Source of the DNA: Gemmatimonadota bacterium
Lineage (GTDB): Bacteria > Gemmatimonadota > Gemmatimonadetes > Palauibacterales > Palauibacteraceae
Reading direction: 5' to 3'
Assembly: GCA_965116475.1 (NCBI GenBank)
Contig: OZ220691.1
Location: forward strand, 448,001-512,000
DNA length: 64,000 nucleotides
Part shown: positions 19,975 to 28,631 of the stretch, piece by piece
Layout: each line of letters opens with the position of its first letter
How positions within the stretch are numbered: position 1 is the stretch's first letter
Notes under the pieces: generated by a model
The model's database searches: none
Seen by the model: only the letters and a program-made list of their open reading frames with translations
Told to the model about the DNA's origin: nothing
Position numbers and translations under genes: made by a program

Positions 19975-20003
19975 GTGTCACCCGAAAGCAGTGTCACCCG
20001 AAA
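19975..20003. promoter_or_regulatory. 13-bp direct repeat GTGTCACCCGAAA x2 in the divergent PKS/creatininase promoter region
   Basis: Copies at 19975-19987 and 19991-20003 (16-bp period), followed by a degenerate TGACGTGAAATA. Confidence 0.5.
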
Positions 20004-20099
20004 TATGACGTGAAATACCACGCGGTTGTAGTCCGGCCAAACCGGCCCGGCTCCGCCCCGGCCGATTCCGGTCCGGCGCGAGGAAACAGGAGGAGAACC

Positions 20100-21011
20100 A
20101 TGTCGCATGTCCGTTCGACGTTGACCGCCCTGATCGCCGTGCTGGCGATCCCGCTCGCGGTCCCGGCCGGAGCCACGGCCCAGAACCGGGAGATGACGCC
20201 GGAGGAGCGCGCCCGTCTCATGGCGGAGTACGAGGCCCGGATCGACGCCGAACTCGTCTCGGAGCGCCCGATCGAGATGTTCGACTCCATCTGGATCGAG
20301 GAACTCACGTGGATGGAAGTCCGCGACATGATGGCCGATGGCTACAACGTCGCGATCATCTCCACGGGCGGGATCGAGCAGAACGGGCCCTACGTCGCCA
20401 CGGGCAAGCACAACTACGTGCTGCAGGGGACGTGCGAGGCGATCGCCCGGGAACTGGGCGGGGCGCTCTGCGCGCCGATCGTGAAGCTCGTTCCCGAGGG
20501 AGACATCGACGAACCCTCCGGACACATGCGCTACCCCGGCACGATCTCCCTCCGCCAGGAGACCTTCGAAGCAGTGCTGGATGACGTCGCCTCCAGCCTC
20601 CGCGCACACGGCTTCGAGCACATCGTCTTCATCGGCGACAGCGGCGGGAACGTGCAGGGGATGGCGAACGTCGCGGCGCGCCTCAACGAGCGCTGGGACG
20701 ACGCCCACGCCCATCACATTCCGGAGTACTACCGCTACGGAGGCGGGGACTTCCTCGAATCCGAGCTGGGGATCGTGGAGACGGAGAACGACGGCATCCA
20801 CGACAGCTTCGGCATCACGAGCCTGATGATGACCGTCGACCCCACCGTGGTCCGCTACGATCAGCGCGTGAAAGCGGGGCTCGCGAAGATCAACGGCGTC
20901 CCGATCGCCCCCAGGGAGAAGACGATCGAGATCGGCCTGAAGCTCCAGGCCTACCGCACCGCACTCACAGTCGAGAAGATCCGCGCGTCCATCGCCAACG
21001 CCGGCATGTAG
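20100..21011 (+). CDS. Exported creatininase-family protein
   Basis: AGGAGG RBS; signal peptide (LTALIAVLAIPLAVPAGATAQ); WIEELTWMEV, GGIEQNGP, HMRYPGTISL, IGDSGGN. Confidence 0.82.
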   Translation: MSHVRSTLTALIAVLAIPLAVPAGATAQNREMTPEERARLMAEYEARIDAELVSERPIEMFDSIWIEELTWMEVRDMMADGYNVAIISTGGIEQNGPYVATGKHNYVLQGTCEAIARELGGALCAPIVKLVPEGDIDEPSGHMRYPGTISLRQETFEAVLDDVASSLRAHGFEHIVFIGDSGGNVQGMANVAARLNERWDDAHAHHIPEYYRYGGGDFLESELGIVETENDGIHDSFGITSLMMTVDPTVVRYDQRVKAGLAKINGVPIAPREKTIEIGLKLQAYRTALTVEKIRASIANAGM

Positions 21012-21033
21012 CGCGCGCAGCCTCGCCGATCCG

Positions 21034-21061
21034 GCCCGCGCGGCGCACGGTCCGCGCGGGC
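21034..21061 (+). terminator. Perfect 10-bp stem hairpin after the creatininase gene
   Basis: GCCCGCGCGG-cgcacggt-CCGCGCGGGC; no U-tract. Confidence 0.45.
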
Positions 21062-21131
21062 GCGCTGAATCTCACCGCCCCCCGCGAGGCGTAACACTCC
21101 CTTTCGGCCGGCCCCCAGGAGAGAAGGACGA

Positions 21132-22220
21132 GTGGCGAGTCCCCAACCGAGTTCCCCCATCCCGGCGCGAAGCAAGCTCATCGTCGGCGCGCTCGCGTTC
21201 GGTGGCCTCACCGCGCTGGGGCTCGTGGCGCTCGTCCGGTGGCGCCCTCCTTCGGAACTCGACAGCATCCTCGCCCGCATCACGCCGGGGTTCGCCTTCG
21301 CCCTGCTGGCGCTGCTCGCGGTCGACTTCGCGCTGGGCGGCCTCCGATATCGGCTGCTCCTCGACGGCCGCGTCTTCTCGCGCGTTTCGCTGTGGCACTG
21401 CGTCCGGGCGAACTGGGCGAACATGCTGCTGGGGGCGATCACGCCGGCGCAGACGGGCGGCGGCGCCGCGCAGCTCTACGTGCTGTGCCGGCGCGGGGCG
21501 CGGCTGTCCGAAGCGATTCTCTGCTCGCTGCTGACGTTCGTCGCCACGCTGCTCTTCTTTGCGCTGGGCGGCCTCGCGGCGCTGGCGTTCCTGCCAGGCG
21601 GGACACTGTCCCGCGGCGTGCTGATTGCGCTCGTAATCGCGGTGGCGGTCATTGCGGCGCTGGCCGGGCTGCTGATCTCGGCCGTCGCGGCCCGGCGGCG
21701 AACCGTTCGGGTGCTGCGACGCCTCCTCAATGCGGGATCGAGACGGGGGACGCGGATCCGGCGCTGGGCGGCAGCCCTCCGGCGTCTTCTGAGCCGTGAG
21801 ATCGAACGGCTGGCCGCGGGCGTCCGGGCGGTCGCGTCGCGCGGCAAGGTGACGCTCGTCTGGGTTTGCGCCGCGACCGCCGTCCTCTACCTCAACAAGT
21901 ATTTCATGGGCTACGTCCTCGCGGCGTCGCTCCAGGGACCGGTCGACCTCTCCTTCATCGGACTCCAGCTTCTGCAGCACATCCTCCTCTACTTCTCGCC
22001 GACGCCGGGCGCCTCGGGCGTCGCGGAGGCATCGACGGGGCTGTTGATGAACCGGGTGCTGCTGGCCGAGATAACGGTGCTGTGGGTCGTGGGCTGGCGG
22101 CTGCTCACGACGTTCTTCGGGACGATCCTGGGGGCGTTCGTGCTGCTCGCCGAGGCGCGGCGACACGTCGGCGACGTCCGCGCCGGGGAGCGGGCCGGGG
22201 AAACGGAGGCGGCGGCGTGA
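21132..22220 (+). CDS. Lysylphosphatidylglycerol-synthase TM / flippase-like membrane protein (UPF0104)
   Basis: Multi-TM; GAITPAQTGG, FSPTPGASGVAE, WRLLT motifs typical of LPG_synthase_TM. Confidence 0.8.
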   Translation: MASPQPSSPIPARSKLIVGALAFGGLTALGLVALVRWRPPSELDSILARITPGFAFALLALLAVDFALGGLRYRLLLDGRVFSRVSLWHCVRANWANMLLGAITPAQTGGGAAQLYVLCRRGARLSEAILCSLLTFVATLLFFALGGLAALAFLPGGTLSRGVLIALVIAVAVIAALAGLLISAVAARRRTVRVLRRLLNAGSRRGTRIRRWAAALRRLLSREIERLAAGVRAVASRGKVTLVWVCAATAVLYLNKYFMGYVLAASLQGPVDLSFIGLQLLQHILLYFSPTPGASGVAEASTGLLMNRVLLAEITVLWVVGWRLLTTFFGTILGAFVLLAEARRHVGDVRAGERAGETEAAA

Positions 22221-23443
22221 GCGGGACCGGCGCGTGGACGCCCGCGACGGATGCGAGGACTCCGCCGGCGCATCGGCCCGCGCCCGCTTCGATGCGACTC
22301 TGTCTCGGCGGGGCCGAGTACTGGACGCACCTCGAACGCGACATCCGCGGGGCGCGCGACCATGTCTACATACAGACGCTCTCGTTCGAGGGCGACGCGG
22401 CCGGGCTGGGCCTGGCGGAAGCCGTCCTGGCCTCCGAAGCGCCGCGGAAGCGCATCGTCGCCGACGCCGTGACGAAGTACCTGATCAACGATCGGTTCAT
22501 CGGCCTGCCGCGCGCGCGCCGCGACCCGGTCCTGCAGCGCGAGGTCGCGGCCACCGGCGAGATGTGCGACCGGCTGGAGCGCGGCGGGGTGCCCGTCCGG
22601 TTCACCTGGCCCGTGGGACGCCGGTTTCATCGGCTCATCGTCCGCAACCACAAGAAGCTGGTAGCGATCGACGACCGGATCGCCTACCTGGGCGGCATCA
22701 ACTTCAGCGAGCACAACTTCGCCTGGCACGACTTCATGGTGCGGATCGAGAGCCCGGGGATCGCGGCCTTCCTGCGCCAGGACTTCGAGCACACGTGGCG
22801 GGGGCACGACCGGGCGGCGGCCGCGGAGATCGACGGCGACGAGATCGTGGTCGGCGAAGGCCGGGGCAACGCCGGGCTGCGCGACGCCGTCTCGCGGGCA
22901 CTCGACCGGGCCACCCGCCGGATCATCGTCCAGTGCCCGTACATCAGCGAGCCGTTCTGGAGCGCCCTCGGCCGGGCGCACCGCCGCGGCGTGCACGTCA
23001 CGGTGATGATGCCGGAGGATCACAACCGGGCCGTCATGAAATGGGGCACGCTCGACGCTTCGCGACGCGAGGGCTTCGAGGTCCTCATGCTGCCCGGCCC
23101 CATGACGCACGCGAAGGTGATGCGGATCGACGACTCGGTCGTCCTGGGCTCGGCGAACTTCGACTACGTGAGCTTCCGCATGCAGCCGGAAGTCGTCCTC
23201 ATTACGAGCGCGCCCGGTCTCGTCCGCGAGATCGGAGAACGCATACTGGAGCCCGATCTCGCGCGCTGCCGGCAACCGGCGGAGGAGCGCCGCCACCGCT
23301 GGCGCGAGCGCCTCGGCGGCATCTCGATGCGCCTGCTCGAGTTGCTGTCCTCCTCCGTACGCGAACGCCGCCCAAGCCCGATCCCGCTCGCAACCTGGCG
23401 CGACGGCCCCGCAAACCGGTACCGGGGACCGGCTGGCCCATGA
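22217..23443 (+). CDS. Phospholipase D family (cardiolipin synthase-like)
   Basis: Two HKD motifs, RNHKKLVAIDDRIAYLGGIN and THAKVMRIDDSVVLGSANFD; GTGA overlap with the upstream gene. Confidence 0.88.
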   Translation: MSGTGAWTPATDARTPPAHRPAPASMRLCLGGAEYWTHLERDIRGARDHVYIQTLSFEGDAAGLGLAEAVLASEAPRKRIVADAVTKYLINDRFIGLPRARRDPVLQREVAATGEMCDRLERGGVPVRFTWPVGRRFHRLIVRNHKKLVAIDDRIAYLGGINFSEHNFAWHDFMVRIESPGIAAFLRQDFEHTWRGHDRAAAAEIDGDEIVVGEGRGNAGLRDAVSRALDRATRRIIVQCPYISEPFWSALGRAHRRGVHVTVMMPEDHNRAVMKWGTLDASRREGFEVLMLPGPMTHAKVMRIDDSVVLGSANFDYVSFRMQPEVVLITSAPGLVREIGERILEPDLARCRQPAEERRHRWRERLGGISMRLLELLSSSVRERRPSPIPLATWRDGPANRYRGPAGP

Positions 23444-24546
23444 CTTCGTGGTTTCGGCGGTATCTGCTGCCGGGGTTCGTTTTCCAGTCCATCATCATCG
23501 CGGGCGGGTACGGGACCGGGCGCGAACTCGTGGAATTCTTCCTCCGCTTCGGTCCGCTGGGCGGACTGCTGGGGATGCTCCTCCCATCCACGATCCTCGT
23601 CAGCATCACCGCCATGGCCTCGTTCGAGTTCGTACGCGTCTTCGGGACGTACGACTACCGAACCTTCTTCCAGCGTCTGCTGGGGCGCGGCTGGTTCGTC
23701 TACGAGATCGGGTATCTTGCGGCCGTCCTCCTCATCCTGGCCGTGATCGGCTCCGCGGTGGGGACGTTCCTGCTCGAGACGTTCGGGCTGCCGTACGTCG
23801 CCGGCGTCGTCGGGCTCCTCGTCACCGTCGGCTTCCTCGTCTTCAAGGGGACGGATGCGATCGAGCGCTTCCTTTCGGGCTGGTCGTTCGTCCTTTACGG
23901 CGTCTACGTGGTGTTCTTCGCGTGGTCCATCGGTGCGTTCGGGGATGCGATCGGCGCGGCGTTCGCGTCGGGCGAGGCGCGGGAGGGATGGGCGCTCTCC
24001 GGGTTCCGCTACGGGGTGCTGCAGGTGTCGCTCGTGCCCGCGATGCTGTTCGCGACGCGCCACATCCGGCGTCGGCGGGAGGCGCTGTGGGCAGGCGCCC
24101 TCACCGGGCCGATCGCGATCATCCCCGGCGTCCTCTTCCTCGTGGCGATGGCGGGGCAGTACCCCGGCATCGTGGACCGCCCCGTACCCGCCAACTACCT
24201 CCTCGAACTGCTCGGGTCGCGGGGATTCCAGATCGCCTTCCAGGTCGTCCTCTTCGGCACCCTCATCGAATCCGGCACCGGCGTGATCCACGCGTTCAAC
24301 GAGCGGGTGGCCGGCGTATTCGCGGCGCGCAGGGCCCGCATGCCGTCCGCGCTGCGGCCCGCGGTGGCGGTTCTGCTCCTCATCCTCGCCGCGCTCCTCT
24401 CGAGGTTCGGGATCATCGACCTCATCGCGACCGGCTACGGCGCCCTGAGCTGGGCTTTCCTCTTCATCTTCGTGCTTCCGCTGCTCACCATCGGGATGTA
24501 CAAGCTGTACCAACGCGGAGCCGGGGGGCGCGGAGGATCCGCGTAG
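23440..24546 (+). CDS. YkvI-like membrane protein (putative transporter)
   Basis: FQSIIIAGGYGTGRELVEFF, multiple TMs, FGIIDLIATGYG; ATGA overlap. Confidence 0.75.
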   Translation: MTSWFRRYLLPGFVFQSIIIAGGYGTGRELVEFFLRFGPLGGLLGMLLPSTILVSITAMASFEFVRVFGTYDYRTFFQRLLGRGWFVYEIGYLAAVLLILAVIGSAVGTFLLETFGLPYVAGVVGLLVTVGFLVFKGTDAIERFLSGWSFVLYGVYVVFFAWSIGAFGDAIGAAFASGEAREGWALSGFRYGVLQVSLVPAMLFATRHIRRRREALWAGALTGPIAIIPGVLFLVAMAGQYPGIVDRPVPANYLLELLGSRGFQIAFQVVLFGTLIESGTGVIHAFNERVAGVFAARRARMPSALRPAVAVLLLILAALLSRFGIIDLIATGYGALSWAFLFIFVLPLLTIGMYKLYQRGAGGRGGSA

Positions 24547-24642
24547 GGCGAAATCGGGTCGGCGTCCCTATATTGAAGGGTTAGGCAGGAGAAGGGTTCG
24601 GAGAGCCAGATCGCACCGCCGGTGGCGGAGGATGAGCGATTC

Positions 24643-27141
24643 ATGAAGAAACTCGCGATTGCGCTGTCCTGCATCGCGCTTTGGGGGTTGATTTCCACGC
24701 TTCCCGGCGGCTCGTCCCTCTCCGCCCCGCTCCCCGCGCAGGCCCATGAATTCAGCCCGGACACGATCCCGCAGACGATCGTGAACCAGGTGTGTACGAA
24801 CTGCCACAACGACACGCGGGTGCTGGGGAATCTCTCGCTGGAGCGGTTCGAGGTGGAGACGGCGCACCTCGAGGCGGAGACCGCGGAGAAGATGATCCGC
24901 AAGCTGCGGGCCGGGATGATGCCGCCGCCGGGGATCCGGCGCCCGCCGCCCGAGGACCTGCTCGAACTCGCCGCGACGCTCGAGGCGCGGGTCGATGCCG
25001 CGGCGGCCGACCGCCCCGACCCGGGCGTCCGCTCATTCCAGCGGCTGAACCGGGCCGAGTACGAGCGCTCGATCCGGGCGCTCCTCGGGCTCGACATCGA
25101 CGCTTCCGCCTACCTGCCGAACGAGACGATCAGCGCCGGCTTCGACAACATCGCGGACGTCCAGAACCTCTCCGCCACGCTGCTCGAGGGATACCTGACC
25201 GCGGCGAGCGAGATCAGCCGCCTCGCGCTCGGAGACCCGACCGTGACGCCGAGCGAGACCGAGTACGAGGTGTCGCGCTACGCCGAGCAGCGGCAGCACG
25301 TGCCGGGCACGCCGATCGGCACGCGCGGCGGGATCTCCGTCGTGCACAACTTCACCGCGGACGGGGACTACGTCTTCCGGCTCGCCTTCCAGCACGAGTC
25401 GACCGGGAACTTCTTCGGGCAGACGACGCCCTTTGACGAGCAGGTCGAACTCTCCGTGGACGGGGAACGGCGGGCGCTCATCGACATCGACCGCTGGATG
25501 CACCGGCAGGATCCCGACGGGGTTCAGGTCGAGACGGAGCCGATTCACGTGACGGCGGGGCCACACCGCGTGTCCGCCGCCTTCATCAAGCGCTTCGACG
25601 GACCGATCGAAGACCTGGTGTCGCCGCACGAGTGGAGCCTCGCGGACAAGAAGATCGGCTATTCGCACGGGATCACGGTCGTCGCCCACCTCCGCGACCT
25701 CACCATCCGCGGGCCGTTCGGCGTGTCGGGCGTGTCGGAGACGCCAACCCGGGCGCGCGTGCTGACGTGCCGGCCCGAAACCGGGGATGAAACCGAGGGT
25801 GAGAGCGGGGACGAGGCGGAGGTGCGCGCCTGTGCGCGGGAGATCGTGGAGCGGCTGGCGGCGCAGGCCTACCGGCGGCCGGTGGACGAGGCGGACGTCG
25901 ACCCGCTCCTCGCCCTGTACGACGCCGGGGCGGAGGAGGGCGGCTTCGAGGTCGGCGTCCGGACGGCGCTCCAGGGCATCCTCGCGAGCCCGGACTTCAT
26001 CTTCCGCTTCGAGGAACCGCCCGCCGGGGCCGAGACGGAGGGACCGTACCGCATTGCGCCGCTCGATCTCGCGTCGCGGCTCGCCTTCTTCCTGTGGGGG
26101 ATGCCGCCGGACGAAGCGCTCATCGAGGCGGCGCGGACGGGCGGGCTCGATGACGCGGACGGCGTCGAGACCCAGGTCCGCCGCATGCTCGCGCACGCGA
26201 ACGCCGAGGGGTTGGCGATCCGATTCGCCGCGCAATGGCTGCGGCTGCAGGACCTTGACAACGTCCATCCGGATGCGCTCCGCTTCCCCGACTTCTACGA
26301 GCAGCTCGCCCGCGACATGCGCCGCGAGACGGAGCTCCTGTTCGAGCACCTCGTGCGGGAGGACCGCAGCTTCTTCGAGTTGCTGACGGCGGACTACACG
26401 TTCGTCAACGAGCGGCTCGCGCGGCACTACGGGTTCTCCGGCGTGGCCGGGACCCACTTCCGGAAAGTCGGCTATCCCGACGACGTCCGGCGCGGCGTGC
26501 TGGCGCACGGGAGCATCCTCACCTCGACCTCGCACGCGAACCGGACCTCGCCCGTGCTGCGGGGCAAGTGGATCATGGAGGTCCTGTTCGGGACGCCGCC
26601 GCCCCCGCCGCCGCCGGACGTGCCGGACCTGGAGGCGATCGACGAGGCCGAGGAGGGCCGCTTCCTGACGGTGCGCGAACGGCTGGAGATGCACCGCGCG
26701 AGCCCGGCCTGCCGCTCGTGCCACCGCGTCATCGATCCGCTCGGCCTCGCGCTCGAGAACTTCGACGTCACGGGCGCGTACCGGATCAACGACCAGGGAC
26801 GCACGGTCGACCCCAGCGGCGATCTGTACGACGGGACGCCGCTCTCCGGGCCGGCCGACCTGCGGACCGCCCTGCTCACGCGGCGCGAGTCGCTGGCGCG
26901 GGCGTTCACCGAGAGCCTCATGGCCTACGCGCTCGGGCGCCGCGTCGAGTACTTCGACATGCCGACCGTGCGCCGTATCGTGCGCCGCGCGGAGGCAGAG
27001 GACTACCGCATGTCCGCCTTCATCCTCGGGGTGGCGGAGAGCCCGGCCTTCCTCATGAGCCGTGGCGGCGCCATCGTCGAACAGGGTGGCGAACAGGGGG
27101 TCGAACAGGGGGTCGAACAGGGGGAAGAGGCCGGCAGCTAG
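24643..27141 (+). CDS. Exported DUF1592/DUF1588/DUF1587/DUF1595/DUF1585 (PSD-type) c-type cytochrome protein
   Basis: Signal peptide; CTNCH and CRSCH heme motifs; RKLRAGMMPP, RLNRAEYERSIR, LASRLAFFLW, RTSPVLRGKWI, PPPPPPDVP, ENFDVTG, MAYALGR. Confidence 0.85.
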   Translation: MKKLAIALSCIALWGLISTLPGGSSLSAPLPAQAHEFSPDTIPQTIVNQVCTNCHNDTRVLGNLSLERFEVETAHLEAETAEKMIRKLRAGMMPPPGIRRPPPEDLLELAATLEARVDAAAADRPDPGVRSFQRLNRAEYERSIRALLGLDIDASAYLPNETISAGFDNIADVQNLSATLLEGYLTAASEISRLALGDPTVTPSETEYEVSRYAEQRQHVPGTPIGTRGGISVVHNFTADGDYVFRLAFQHESTGNFFGQTTPFDEQVELSVDGERRALIDIDRWMHRQDPDGVQVETEPIHVTAGPHRVSAAFIKRFDGPIEDLVSPHEWSLADKKIGYSHGITVVAHLRDLTIRGPFGVSGVSETPTRARVLTCRPETGDETEGESGDEAEVRACAREIVERLAAQAYRRPVDEADVDPLLALYDAGAEEGGFEVGVRTALQGILASPDFIFRFEEPPAGAETEGPYRIAPLDLASRLAFFLWGMPPDEALIEAARTGGLDDADGVETQVRRMLAHANAEGLAIRFAAQWLRLQDLDNVHPDALRFPDFYEQLARDMRRETELLFEHLVREDRSFFELLTADYTFVNERLARHYGFSGVAGTHFRKVGYPDDVRRGVLAHGSILTSTSHANRTSPVLRGKWIMEVLFGTPPPPPPPDVPDLEAIDEAEEGRFLTVRERLEMHRASPACRSCHRVIDPLGLALENFDVTGAYRINDQGRTVDPSGDLYDGTPLSGPADLRTALLTRRESLARAFTESLMAYALGRRVEYFDMPTVRRIVRRAEAEDYRMSAFILGVAESPAFLMSRGGAIVEQGGEQGVEQGVEQGEEAGS

Positions 27142-27213
27142 AGCCGGGGGACGGACCGGGAGACAGGCCAGGCGACGGACCGGGCAACCGACCGGGGCAC
27201 CAACCAGGGGACG
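27075..27213 (+). repeat. Two adjacent 12-bp tandem repeat arrays at the DUF1592/DUF1552 junction
   Basis: GTCGAACAGGGG-like x4 (EQGG/EQGV/EQGV/EQGE) inside the CDS end, then a degenerate CCGGGNGACNGN array x6 after the stop. Confidence 0.7.
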
Positions 27214-27221
27214 TGACGCAG

Positions 27222-28631
27222 ATGGACATCATCACCGGAAAGCACATTCCGCGCCGCACCTTCCTCCGCGGGGTCGGGGCCACGGTGGCGCTCCCAATGC
27301 TGGACGCCATGGTTCCCGCCGGACGGCTCTGGGGGTCGATCCGCCCCGCGGATCCGACGCGGCTGATCGCGATCGAGATGGTGCACGGCGCGGCGGGCTC
27401 GACCGCCTACGGCGCGTCGCGCGGCTACTGGTCGCCGCTGCAGACCGGCCGTGACTTCGACCTCAGCACCGGGGCGCTCGCCTCTCTCGAACCGTTCCGC
27501 GACCGGCTCACGATCATCAGCGACACGGACATCGAGTCGGCGGAGGCGAGGATCCCCAAGGAGATCGGCGGCGACCATTTCCGGTCCAGCGCGACCTTCC
27601 TGACCCAGTCCCACCCCCGGCAGACGGAGGGCTCGGACATCCTGGCCGGGACGTCGATGGATCAGCTCTACGCCCAGCGCTTCGGGCAGGATACGCCGAT
27701 CCCCTCCATGCAGCTCTGCATCGAGAATGTGGACCAGTCCGGCGGGTGCGCGTACGGCTACGCCTGCGTGTACACCGACACGATCAGCTGGGCGTCGCCG
27801 ACGGAACCGCTGCCCATGATCCGTGATCCGCGGGTCGCCTTCGACCAGTTGTTCGGCGCCGGCGGCAGCGCGGAGGAACGCGCCGCCCGCCGCCGGGCGA
27901 ACCGGAGCGTGCTCGACTTCATCGCGGGCCGCATCGGCGAACTCCGCCGCGAGCTGGGACCCGTCGACGTGCGCCGGCTCGACCGCTACCTCGACAACGT
28001 GCGCGAGATCGAGCGGCGCATCGAGCGGGTGGAGACGCAGAACCGGAGCGGCGAGGAGCGGGCGCTGCCCGAGGCGCCGGCCGGCGTGCCCGACTCGTTC
28101 GTCGAGCACGTGCAGCTGATGTTCGATCTCCAGGCGCTCGCCTTCGAGTCCGACATGACGCGCGTGTTCTCATTCAAGCTGGGGCGCGACTCCTCGGCCC
28201 GCGTCTTCCCCGAGAGCGGCGTCGACAAGCCGTTCCACCCGGCCTCGCACCACGGCGCCGACGAGGGGAACATCGACGACTTCGCGCAGATCAACCGCTT
28301 CCACGTGTCGATGGTCCCGTACCTGCTCGAACGGCTGCGGAACACGATGGACGGCGAGACGGACCTGCTCGAGAAGACGATGGTCATCTACGGCTCGCCG
28401 ATGGGCGATCCCAACGTGCACAACCACAAGCGCTGCCCCCTGTTCGTGGCGGGCGGGGCGAACGGGAAGCTGGACGGCGGGCTGCACGTGCGGGCCGCGC
28501 CGGGTACGCCGATGGCCAACGCCCTCCTCTCGCTGATGCATACGCTCGGGCTGGAGGACGTCGAGCAGTTCGGGGACAGCACCGGCACCCTGTCGCTCGA
28601 CGCCCCCGACACAAGCGCGGCCGGCTCGTGA
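27222..28631 (+). CDS. DUF1552 domain protein with Tat signal
   Basis: IPRRTFLRGVGATVALPMLDAM, GGDHFRS, SMDQLYA, CAYGYACVY, HPASHH, SPMGDPNVHNH. Confidence 0.85.
   Translation: MDIITGKHIPRRTFLRGVGATVALPMLDAMVPAGRLWGSIRPADPTRLIAIEMVHGAAGSTAYGASRGYWSPLQTGRDFDLSTGALASLEPFRDRLTIISDTDIESAEARIPKEIGGDHFRSSATFLTQSHPRQTEGSDILAGTSMDQLYAQRFGQDTPIPSMQLCIENVDQSGGCAYGYACVYTDTISWASPTEPLPMIRDPRVAFDQLFGAGGSAEERAARRRANRSVLDFIAGRIGELRRELGPVDVRRLDRYLDNVREIERRIERVETQNRSGEERALPEAPAGVPDSFVEHVQLMFDLQALAFESDMTRVFSFKLGRDSSARVFPESGVDKPFHPASHHGADEGNIDDFAQINRFHVSMVPYLLERLRNTMDGETDLLEKTMVIYGSPMGDPNVHNHKRCPLFVAGGANGKLDGGLHVRAAPGTPMANALLSLMHTLGLEDVEQFGDSTGTLSLDAPDTSAAGS

Noticed and set aside
21866..24546. ORF-track long versions of the PLD (from 21866) and YkvI (from 22234) genes
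   Set aside because: The extensions overlap upstream genes in another frame; the true starts are the coupled GTGA (22217) and ATGA (23440). The same applies to the ORF-track starts at 19548, 26568, 49757 and 51682.
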